Assembly (NCBI GenBank): GCA_951406725.2
Contig: OX597829.1
Location: forward strand, 58,528,001 to 58,592,000
Origin: Octopus vulgaris
Lineage: Eukaryota
Direction: 5' to 3'
Length of the DNA stretch: 64,000 nt
The translations under genes were made by a program, and so were the position numbers. Shown in pieces: positions 28,614 to 40,400 of the stretch. How positions within the stretch are numbered: position 1 is the stretch's first letter; each line of letters starts with the position of its first letter. A model generated the notes under the pieces. It was given only the letters and a program-made list of their open reading frames with translations. It did not search any database and was not told where the DNA came from.

Positions 28614-28962
28614 TCTGGTCCCCTTCAGGATTGACCTATAAATACTTCCTTGGGAGTAGAATTTCATGAAAGAGAAGCGAAAGAAATTTCATCATCTCTC
28701 AATAATTGTTTGTTTACAAAGGGAGAGAACCATTATTTCGGAGAGTAAAAGATGAGAGTTATGTCCCTTAGTGAATGCATGGGTCGGAAGCGGCAGATAT
28801 ATTTTACTCATTAATTAACATTGCTTTAACGAAAATATTCTTTTGTTTCTCTCGTTTTAGCTCAGAGCTGCGGCCATGCTGGTGCACCGCCGCTTTGTGC
28901 TACACTGTTATTACTAAGAACCTCCTCTAATACGTGGCACTTGGTGAAGAATAGAGTTTGAA

Positions 28963-30849
28963 CTAGCAGTATCACCCAGCGTTGCTCTGGTTTGTTTGGA
29001 CCCTTTAGAATTGGAATTTTTGAAAAGTAAAAATTTTGCATTATGTAGCTTGTTATTCTCTTTAAGTGAACATTTTTCTGGTTGAAATACACCGAAAAAT
29101 GGTGACACAGCAGTCAAAAAATCATAAAAAATAGGGATTTTTATAGAAAAAAAGCACGTTATTGATGTAAATAATGTTTGGTGTTAACATGGTCCGATTT
29201 GAATTTTATCTTCTACGGAATGAAGAGCAAGCCTTCTTCTATCATACTCTCAATTTTGGTCAACTTGCGCCGCAGGGTCTCGGAGGAGATAGTGTTAGTT
29301 AAAGGCTACCAAACCTGCCACACACACAGAGACAACTTCAGCTTTATAAGTAGTAAAGAATAGGGATTTTAATAGAAAAAAAACACCTTTTTGATGTAAA
29401 TAATCTTTGGTGTTACCATGTCAGATTTGAATTTTATCTTCTACGGAATGAAGAGCAAGCCTTCTTCTATCATTCTCTCAATTTTGGTCACCTTGCGTCA
29501 CAGGGTCTCGAAGGAGATGGTGTTACTTGAAGGCTACCAAACCTGCCACATATAGACAACTTCAGCTTTATAGATATAGACTAGCAATATCACCCAGCGT
29601 TACTCTGGTTTGTTTCGACCCTTTAGAATTGGAATTTTTGAAAAGTTAAAATTTTGCATTATGTAGCTTGTTATTCTCTTTAAGGGAACATTTTTCTGGT
29701 TGAAATACACCGAAAAATGGTGACACAGCAGTCAAAAAATCGTAAAGAATAGGGATTTTAATAGAAAAAAAGCACCTTTTTCATGTAAATAATTTTTGGT
29801 GTTAACATGGTCCGCTTCGAATTTTATCTTCTACGGAATGAAGAGCAAGCCTTCTTCTATCATACTCTCAATTTTGGTCAACTTGCGCCGCAGGGTCTCG
29901 GAGAAGATGGTGTTACTTGAAGGCTACCAAACCTGCCACACATAGACAACTTCAGCTTTATATATATAGACTAGCAGTATCAACCGGCGATACTCTGGTT
30001 TGTTTCGACCCTTTAGAATTGGAATTTTTGAAAAGTAAATTTTGCATTATGTAGCTTGTTATTCTCTTTAAGTGAACATTTTCCTTGTTGAAATACACCG
30101 AAAAATGGTGACACAGCAAGCCTTCTTCTATCATACTCTCAATTTTGGTCAACTTGCGCCGCAGGGTCTCAGAGGAGATGGTGTGACTTGAAGGCTACCA
30201 AACCTGCCACACACACAGAGACAACTTCAGCTTTATAAGTAGTAAAAAATAGGGATTTTTATAGAAAAAAAGCACGTTTTTGATGTAAATAATTTTTGGT
30301 GTTAACATGGTCCGATTTGAATTTTATCTTCTACGGAATGAAGAGCAAGCCTTCTTCTATCATAATTTCAATTTTGGTCAACTTGCGCCGCAGGGTCTCG
30401 GAGAAGATAGTGTTAGTTGAAGACTACCAAACCTGCTTACACAGACAACTTCAGCTTTATATGTATAGACTAGCAATATCACCCAGCGTTGCTCAGGTTT
30501 GTTTCGACCCTTTAGAATTGGAATTTTTGAAAAGTAAAAATTTTGCATTATGTAGCTTGTTATTCTCTTTAAGTGAACATTTTTCTGGTTGAAATACACC
30601 GAAAAATGGTGACACAGCAGTCAAAAAATCGTAAAAAATAGGGATTTTTATAGAAAAAAAGCACCTTTTTGATGTAAATAATTTTTGGTGTTAACATGGT
30701 CCGATTTGAATTTTATCTTCTACGGAATGAAGAGCAAGCCTTCTTCTATCATACTCTCAATTTTGGTCAACTTGCGCCGCAGGGTCTCAGAGGAGATGGT
30801 GTTACTTGAAGGCTACCAAACCTGCCACACACAGACAACTTCAGCGTAT

Positions 30850-30914
<65 letters not shown>

Positions 30915-31180
30915 TACCTGTATAGCCCAGCGTTCCTCAGGCTTGTTTACTTTTCGAACCTTTAGAATTAGAATTTTTGAAAAGTAAAAATTTTGCATTA
31001 TGTAGCTTGTTATTCTCTTTAAGTGAACATTTTTCTGGGTTGAAATACACCAAAAAATGGCAACACAGCAGTCAAAAAATTGGTATTTTCATAGAAAAAA
31101 AGCACCTTTTTGATGCAAATAAATTTTGTTAACATGGTCTGATTTGAATTTTTTTCTACTATAAAAGGAATAGCAAGCCT
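28963..31180 (-). mobile_element. Tandem array of non-autonomous Helitron family A (390-bp unit)
   Basis: On minus the unit begins TCtatatatataaagctgaagttgtc and ends with GC hairpin-like ccNgagcaacgcYggg + 8 nt + CTAG. Starts on plus at 28963, 29581, 29971 and 30470. Confidence 0.8.
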
Positions 31181-31862
31181 TCTTTCAGTTGCCGTCTACC
31201 AAATCCACTCACAAGGCTTTGGTCGGCCCGAGGCTATAGCAGAAGACACTTGCCCAAGATGCCACGCAGTGGGACTGAACCCGGAACCATGTGGTTGGTT
31301 AGCAAGCTACTTACCACACAGCCACTGCTACACCTATATATATACATATATACGACAGGCTTCTTTCAGTTTCCGTCTACCAAATCCACTCACAAGGCTT
31401 TGGTCGGCCCGAGGCTATAGCAGAAGACACTTGCCCAAGATGCCACGCAGTGGGACTGAACCCGGAACCATGTGGTTGGTAAGCAAGCTACTTACCACAC
31501 AGCCACTCCTACACCTATATATGTATATATATATCATCATCATCATCATCATCATCATTTAACGTTCGCTTTCCATGCTAGCATGGGTTGGACGGTTCAA
31601 CTGGGGTCTGGGAAGCCGGAAGGCTTCATCAGGCCCAGTCAGATCTGGCAGTGTTTCTACGGCTGGATGCCCTTCATAACGCCAACCACTCATACATACG
31701 ACGGGCTTCTTTCAGTTTCCGTCTACCAAATCCACTCACAAGGCTTTGGTCGGCCCGGGGCTATAGTAGAAGACACTTGCCCAAGATGCAACGCAGTGGG
31801 ACTGAACCCGGAACCATGTGGTTGGTTAGCAAGCTACTTACCACACAGCCACTCCAGCGCCT
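31180..31862 (-). mobile_element. SINE heads (reverse) interrupted by an RTE-type 3' tail fragment at 31534-31691
   Basis: The tail fragment on minus reads agtggttggcgttatgaagggcatccagccgtagaaac...ccaacccatgctagcatggaaagcgaacgttaaa(tga)n. The RTE assignment is from recall. Confidence 0.7.
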
Positions 31863-31941
31863 ATTTTTAAAATGTTAAAAGTTTTTCTTTTTTTTTAATA
31901 TCTAATAATCTCCAGAGAGATTATTAAATATTAAATACATA

Positions 31942-32106
31942 GGCGCAGGAGTGGCTGTGTTGTAAGTAGCTTGCTTCCCAACCACATGATTCCGGGTTCA
32001 GTCCCACTGCGTGGCACCTTGGGTAAGTGACTTCTACCATAGCCATGGGCCGACCAAAGCGTTGTGAGTGGATTTGGTAGACGGAAACTGAAAGAAGCCT
32101 GTCGTA

Positions 32107-32186
<80 letters not shown>

Positions 32187-32403
32187 TGTATGTGTGTGTG
32201 TCTGTGTTTGTCCCCCTAGCATTGATTGACAACCAAATGCTGGTCTGCTTACGTCCCCGTCACTTAGCGGTTCGGCAAAAGAGACCGATAGAATAAGTAC
32301 TGGGCTTACAAAAAAGAATAAGTCCCGGGAGGGTCGAGTTGCTCGACTAAAAAAGGCGGTGCTCCAGCATGGCCGCAGTCAACTGACTGAAACAAGTAAA
32401 AGA

Positions 32404-32437
<34 letters not shown>

Positions 32438-33147
32438 CCTTGTGAGTGGATTTGGTAGACGGAAACTGAAAGAAGCCTGTCGTATATATGTATATATATG
32501 TGTGTATGTGTGTGTGTGTTTGTGTGTCTGTGTTTGTCCTTCTAGCATTGTTTGACAACCGATGCTGGTGTGTTTACGTCCCCGTCACTTAGCGGTTCGG
32601 CAAAAGAGACCGATAGAATAAGTACTGGGCTTACAAAAAAGAATAAGTCCCGGGAGGGTCGAGTTGCTCGACTAAAAAAGGCGGTGCCCCAGCATGGCCG
32701 CAGTCAACTGACTGAAACAAGTAAAAGAGTAAGAGAGTATATATATATATACACAAATATAAGAGGGTGACCACCATATGGTCGACTCTTGCGCTAAAAA
32801 TAGATCCGCTATGGTATTAGCCACTATATATATATATAGACTAAAGGCAGTGCTCCAGCATGGCCGCAGTCAAATGACTGAAACAAGTAAAAGAGTAAAA
32901 GAGTATATATATATATATAAAGCCTTGTGAGTGGATTTGGTAGACGGAAACTGAAAGAAGCCTGTCATAAATATATATATATATAGGTTCAGGAGTGTCT
33001 GTGTGGTAAGTAGCTTGCTTACCAACCACATGGTTCGGGTTCAGTCCCACTGCGTGGCATCTTGGGTAAGTGTCTTCTACTATAGCCCCGGGCCGTCCAA
33101 TGCCTTGTGAGTGGATTTGGTAGACGGAAACTGAAAGAAGCCTGTCG
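31942..33147 (+). mobile_element. SINE cluster (one full copy, 5'-truncated copies, one head)
   Basis: Similarity to 15444-15847. Confidence 0.85.
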
Positions 33148-33149
33148 TA

Positions 33150-33204
<55 letters not shown>

Positions 33205-33208
<4 letters not shown>

Positions 33209-33728
33209 CATAAGGGACTAAAGCCATCTGAATATGGCTAGGGACAGGGCAGGGTGGTAGGGGTGTTACTGTTGCATTTAGCCCCAGGCGAACATCAACG
33301 TCGCCAGATAGGCTTGACACCATCACGGGAGATAATTCCCCGATGAAGCGGAAACCACACACGGACCTGTCGAACAGATTTTCGAAATCAGCAAATGTAT
33401 TTTGCTTGAAAATCTATATATAAATATCCTGCAGAGTGAGTTGTTCGTCGAGGAAGCGGGGGCCTACCACACGTTGATGATAGGCAATACACCTTGAAAC
33501 CTAGGTCCGTGTGTGGTTTCCGCTTCATCGGGGAATTATCTCCCTTTGCAGGATAAAGGACGCCGTGATGGTGTCAAGCCTATCTGGCGACGTTGATGTT
33601 CGCCTGGGGCTAAATGCAACAGTAACACCCCCACCACCCTGCCCTGTCCCTAGCCATATTCAGATGGCTTTAGTCCCTTATGTTATGGAGCAGTTACTGT
33701 CTATATCTCATTTAGAGAATTATTATTG

Positions 33729-33730
<2 letters not shown>
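33205..33730. mobile_element. Second hammerhead-containing element with an inverted partial copy, in (TA)n
   Basis: 33205-33368 is the reverse complement of 33503-33686 (with a ~20-bp deletion). Confidence 0.75.
33448..33531 (+). ncRNA. Type I hammerhead ribozyme, family 2 (variant core)
   Basis: GAAGCGGGGGCC-UAC-CACACG [UUGAUGA] U-AGG-CAAUACA-CCU-U [GAAA] C-CUAG-G [UC] CGUGUG-U-GGUUUCCGCUUC. Predicted cleavage after C33507. Confidence 0.72.
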
Positions 33731-33794
<64 letters not shown>

Positions 33795-33972
33795 TCGTTT
33801 GTCTCTGTATTTATTATCAGAAAAAAATAAAGAAGAAGAGAAAGAAGGAACATCCATTCTTCCTCATCTTTCTCTCTGTCCTTCACAACAGTTAGTTTGA
33901 CTAATCATAACACATCATCTTCCTCCCGTCTTCCTCTTCTCCTGCCTCCACCAAATCCCATGCTAAATGGCC

Positions 33973-34396
33973 ATCGTCGTCGTCGTCATCACCATCATCA
34001 TCATCGTAATCGTCATCATCATTATCATCGTCGTCATCATCGTCATCATCGTCATCATCATCATCATCATCATCATCGTCATCATCACCATTATCATCAT
34101 CATCATCATCATCATCGTCATCATCATCATCATCATCGTCATCATCATCATTATCATCATCATCATCATCACCATCATCATCATCACCATCACCATCGTC
34201 ATCTTCATCATCATCATCATCATCGTCGTCACCATCACCATTATCATCATCATCATCATCATCATCAATAATCGTCATCATCACCATCATCATCATCATC
34301 ATCATCATCAACATCACCATCGTCATCATCAACATCACCATCGTCATCACCATCATCATCATCATCATCATCATCGTCATCATCATCATCATCATC
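33973..34396. repeat. (CAT)n microsatellite
   Basis: Direct reading. Confidence 0.95.
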
Positions 34397-34402
34397 ACCC
34401 TC

Positions 34403-37400
34403 AGGCCTGCCGCTACCTCGTGCTAGCCACAGTTGTCATCTTTCGGGATTTTACGGGACGGACCACGTCGCCGTATCGACCGCGGGTATCTCGTGAACGC
34501 CTTCCGGCATAGGTCGCGGGTAAGTCCACGCGTACGTGGGCCACACCGCGAGATTAGGTTCTTTCTTTCGATTTCGGGCACGGTAGGGCGGCGGAGCAAC
34601 GGGCGACCGGCGCAGGCCTGGCGCAGGCCTGCCGCTACTTCGTGCTAGCCTCAGTTGTCATCTTTCGGGATTTTCCGGGGCGGACCATGTCGCCGTATCG
34701 ACCACGTGTATCTCGTGAACGCCTTCCGGCATCGGTCGCGGCTACGTCCACGCGTACGTGGGCCATACCGCGAGCATAGGTTCGTTCTTTTTATTCGGGC
34801 ATTTACGGGATGGACCACATCGCCGTATCGAACGCCTGTGCCTCGCGACATCGGTCGAGGCTACGTCCACCCGTACGTGGGCGACACCGGGCGCTTAGGT
34901 TCGTTCTTTAGATTTCGGGCACGGTAGCGGGACGGAGGAACGGGCGACCGGTGCAGGCCTGCCGCAACGGAGAATAAAGAGTGGCGTGAAGGCGGCGGCC
35001 ACCCACCAGGCTTACGGCGTTTTAGGCTGACGTCTCGGGCATCCTGACGAACGATCCCGGAGACATCCACCTGCCGACTGCAAGCCCTCAATATCGTCTT
35101 GACCCCCTTGAGGTGCGACGGTCACCTAGAGCGTGACTATCCAGCCGGGGCCGACCCGTAAGCTTACGGGTCTGATTCTTCCGACTTACGGGTCGGACAA
35201 GGTAGCTCTTTTTACCTGGTGCGTATCGCCACACTCCCACGGAGACTGACGGCATCGATTGCGCCTACATCCACGTTTACGTGGTCGACACCGCGAGGTT
35301 CTCTTCAGTACTATATCCGCCTCAGATGCGAAGGCGGTTGAAGTCGGGCGCAGGCCCACCGCTATCGGCCGAAACCTGCACTGGCCGCAGTTTGTCAGCT
35401 TTTGGGAATTTACGGGACGGACCACGTCGCCGTATCGAACGCCTGTACCTCGCGACATCGGTCGCGGCTACGTCCACGCGTACGTGGGCGATACCGTGCG
35501 CTTAGATTCGTGCTTTCGATTTCGGGCACGGTAGGGCGGCGGAGCAACGGGCGACCGGCGCAGGCCTGGTGCAGGCCTGCCGCTACCTCGTGCTAGCCGC
35601 AGTTGTCATCTTTCGGGAATTTACGGGACCGACCACGTCGCAATATCGAACGCCTGTACCTCGCGACATCAGTCTGACGGCATCGATCGCGCCTACATCC
35701 ACGTGTACGTGGGCGACACCGCGAGGTTCTCTTCAGCATTAACTCAGCCTCGCGGTAGCGCGTCGTATCCTCTGGCGAAGGCGGGAGAAGGCGGGCGCAG
35801 GCCCACCGCTATCGACCGATACCTGCACTGGCCGCAGTTTGTCATCTTTCGGGATTTTACAGGACGGACCACGTCGCCGTATTGAGCCCGTGTATCTCGT
35901 GAACGCAATCCGGCATCGGTGGCGTGTACGTCCCGCGTACGCGGGCCATACCGCGAGCTTAGGTTCGTTCTTTCTATTTCGGGCACGGTAGCGTGGCGGA
36001 GCGGCTGGAGAAGGCAGCCCCTACTTTTACTGGCCGCAGTCGTCATCTTTTGGGAATTTACGGGACGGACCAAGTCGCCGTATCGAGCGCGTGCATCTCG
36101 CGACATCGGGCTCGGCTACGTCCACGCGTACGTGGGCGACACCGCGCGCTTAGATTCGTTCTTTCGATTTCGAGCACGGTAGCGCGGCGGAGTAACGGGC
36201 GACCGGTGCAGGCCTGCCGCTGGAGGCCCCGCCGTGCGTGGACGAACGGAGAATAAAGGGTGGTATGAAGGCGGCGGCCACCCGCCGGGCTTACGGCGTT
36301 TTAGGCTGACGTCTCGGGCATCCTGCCGAACGATCCCGAGACATCCACCTGCCGATTGCAAGCCCTCAATATAGTCTTGACCCCCTTGGTGTACGGCGGT
36401 CACCTAGAGCATGACTATCCAGATTATCGGCCAAACGGGCGACCGGCGCAAGCCTGCTGCTACCTCGTGCTAGCCCACAGTTGTCATCTTTCATAATTTT
36501 ACGGGACGGACAACGTCACCGTATCGACCGGGTGTATCTCGTGAATGCCTTCCGGCATCGGTCGCGGCGACGTTCACGCGTACGTGGGCCAGACCGCGAG
36601 CTTAGGTTCGTTCTTTCGATTTCGGGCACGGTAGAGCGGCAGAGGAACGGGCGACGGGAGCAGGCCTGCCGCTGGACGCTCCGCGGCGCGTGGACGAAGT
36701 TGTATGAAGGGTGGCGTGAAGGAGGCGTTCACCCGCCGGGCTAACGGCATCTTAGGCTGACGTCTAGGGCATCCTGCCGAACGATCCCGGAGACATCCAC
36801 CTGCCGATTGCAACCCTCAATATAGTCTTGACCCCCTTGGGGTGCGACGGTCGCCTAGAGCGTGACTATCCAGCCGGGGCCGACCCGTAATCATACGGGT
36901 CTGATTCCTTCGACTTACGGGTCGGTCAACGTCTCTCATTTTACCTGGCGCGTATCGCCACACACCCACGGAGACTGACGGCATCGAAAGCTTTCGATTT
37001 CGAACACGGTAGGGCGGCGGAGTAACGGACGAACGGAGAATGAAGGGTGGCGTGAAGGCGGCGGCCACCCGCCGAGCTGACGGCGTCTTAGGCTGACGTC
37101 TCGGGCATCCTGCCAAACGATCCCGAATACATCCACCTGACGAATGCAAGCCCTCAATATAGTTTTGACCCGCTTGGGGTGCGACGGTCACCTAGAGCGT
37201 GACTATCAAGCCGGGGCCGACCAATAAGTTTACGGGTCTGATTCTTCCGACTTACGGGTCGGATAACGTCGCTCTTTTTACCTGGTGCGTATCGCCACAC
37301 ACCCACGGAGACTGACGACATCGATCGCGCCTACATCCACGTGTACGTGGGCGACACCGCTAGGTTATCTTTAGCCCCACATCAGACTCGCGGTAGCGCG

Positions 37401-40400
37401 ACAGAGCTTACCCGCGACGGTGGGAGAAGGCGGGCGCAAGCCCACCGCTATCGACCGATACCTGCACTGGCCGCAGTTTATCATCTTTCGAGAATTTACG
37501 GGACGGACCACGTCGCCGTATCGAACGCCTGTACCTCGCGACATCGGTCGCGGCTACGTCCACGCGTACGTTGGCGATACCGCACGCTTAGGTTCGTGCT
37601 TTCGATTTCGGGCACGGTAGGGCGGCGGAGCAACGGGCGACAAGCGCAAGCCTGCCGCTATTTCGTGCTAGCCGCAGTTGTCATCTTTCGGGCTTTCATG
37701 GGACGGACCACGTTGCCGTATCGAGCGCGTGTATCTCGTGAACGCCTTCCGGCATCGGTCTTGTGTACGTCCACGCGTACGCGGGCCATACCGCGACCTA
37801 AGGTTCGTTCTTTCTATTTCGGGCACGGTAACGCGGCGGAGGAACGGGCGACCGGAGCAGGCCTGCCGTGGACGAACGGAGAATGAAGGGTGGCGTGAAG
37901 GCGGCAGCCACCCGCCGGGCTGACGGTGTTTTAGGCTGACGTCTCGTGCATCCTGCCGAACGATCCCGGAGAAATCCACCTGCCGACTGCAAGCCCTCCA
38001 TATCGTCTTGACACCCTTGGGGTGTGACGGTCACCTAGAGCGTGACTATCCAGCCGGGGCCGACCCGTAAGCTTACGGGTTGGATTCTTTCGACTTACGG
38101 GTCGGACCACGTCGCTCTATCTACCCGGTTCATATCGCCACACACTTCCGGAGACTGACGGCATCGATCGCGTCTACGTCCACGTGTACGTGGGTCACAC
38201 CGAGAGCTTAGGTTCGTTCTTTCGATTTCGGGTACGGTAGCGCGGCGGAGTTGCGGTCGAAGGCGGGAGCAGGCCTAGCGTAGGCAGCCCCAGCTTACAC
38301 TGACCGTAGTTTGTCATCTTTCGGGAATTTACGGGACGGACCACGTCGCCATATCGAGCGCGTGCATCTCGCGACATCGGTCTCGGCTACGTCTACGCGT
38401 ACGTGGGCGATGCCGATCGCTTAGTTTCGGTCTTCCGATTTCGGGCACGGTAGCGCAGCGGAGCATTGGGCGGGCGACACAGGCCTGCCTCTACCTCGTC
38501 CTAGCCGCAGTTTTGTCATCTTTCAGGAATTTACGGGACGGTACCACGTCGCCGTATCGAGCGCGTGTATCTCGCGAAATCGGTCGCCGCTACGTCCACG
38601 CGTACGTGGGCCAGACCGAGGGCTTAGGTTCGTTCTTTCGATTTCGGGCACGGTAGTGCGGCGGAGAAACGGGCGACAGGAGCAGGCCTACCGCTGGCTG
38701 CTCCGCGGCGCGTGGACGAACGGAGAATAGAGGGTGGCGTGAAGGCGGCGGCCACCCGTCGGGCTGACGGCGTCTTAGGCTGACGTCTCGGGCATCCTGC
38801 CGAACGATCCCGGAGACATCCACCTGACGAATGCAAGCACTCAATATAGTCTTGACCCCATTTGGGTGCGACGGTCGCCTAGAGCGTGACTATCAAGCCG
38901 GGGCCGACCCGTAAGTTTACGGGTCTGATTCTTCCGACTTACGGGTCATACAACGTCGCTCTTTTTACCTGGTGCGTATCGCCACTCAACCAAGGAGACT
39001 GACGGCATCGATCGCGCCTACATCCACGTGTACGTGGGCGACACCGCGACGTTCTCATCAGCACAATTTCAGCCTCGCGGTAGCGCGCCGGAGCTTAGGA
39101 TGAAGGCGGGAGAAGGCGGGCGCAGGCCCACCGCTATCGGCCGAAACCTACATTGGCCGCAGTTTGTCAGCTTTCGGGTATTTACGGGACGGACCACGTC
39201 GCCGTATCGACCGCCTGTACCTCGCAACATCGGTCGCGGCTACGTCCACGCGTACGTGGGCGATACCGCGTGCTTAGGTTCGTGCTTTCGATTTCGGGAA
39301 CGGTAGGGCGGCGGAGCTACGGTCGGCCGGTGCAGGCCTGGCGCATGTCTGCCGCTACCTCGTCCTAGCCGCATTTGTCAACTTTCGGTATTTTACGGGA
39401 CGGACCACGTCGCCGTATCGAGCGCGTGTATCTCATGAAAGCCTCCCGGCATCGGTCGCGGGTAAGTCCACGTGTACGTGGGTCACACCACGAGATTATG
39501 TTCTTTCTTTCGATCTCGGGCACGGTATGGCGGCGGAGCAACGGGCCACCGGCGCAGGCCTGCCGCTACCTCTTGCTAGCCGCAGTTGTACGTCCACGCG
39601 TACGCGGGCCATACCGCGAGCTTAGGTTCGTTCTTTCTATTTCGGGAACGGTAGCGTGGCGGAGCTGCTGGAGAAGGCAGCCCCTACTTTTACTGGCCGC
39701 AGTCGTCATCTTTTGGGAATTTACGGGATTGACAAAGTCGCCGTATCGAGCGCGTGCATCTCGCGACATCGGGCTCGGCTACGTCCACGCGTACGTGGGC
39801 GATACCGCGCGCTTAGTTTCGTGCTTTCGATTTCGAACACGGTAGGGCGGCGGAGTAACGGGCGACCGGCGAAGGCCTGCCGCTACCTCGTGACTGCCGC
39901 AATTATCATCTTTCGGGATTTTACGGGACGGGGCACGTCGCCGTATCGTGCGCGTATTTCTCTTGAACGCCTTCAGGCATCGGTCGCGGGTAAGTCCACT
40001 CGTACGTGGGCTACACCGCGAGATTAGGTTCTTTCTTTCGATCTCGGGAACGGTATTCGACGTTGTTCGACCCGTAAGTCGGAAGAATCAGACCCGTAAG
40101 CTTACGGGTCGGCCCCGGCTGGATGGTCAGGCTCAAGGCGACCGTCGCACCCCAAGGGGGTCAAGACAATATTGAGGGCTTGCATTCGTCAGGTGGATGT
40201 CTCCGGGATCGTTCGGCAGGATGCCCGAGACGTCAGCCCAAGACGCAGTAAGCCCGGCGGGTGGCCGCCGTCTTCACGCCACCCTTTATTCTCTGTTCGT
40301 CCACGCGCCGCTGAGCCGCCAGCGGCAGGTCTGCTCCCGTCGCTCGTTCCTCCGCCGTGCTACCGTTCCCGAAATCGAACGAACGAACCTAAGCTCTTGG

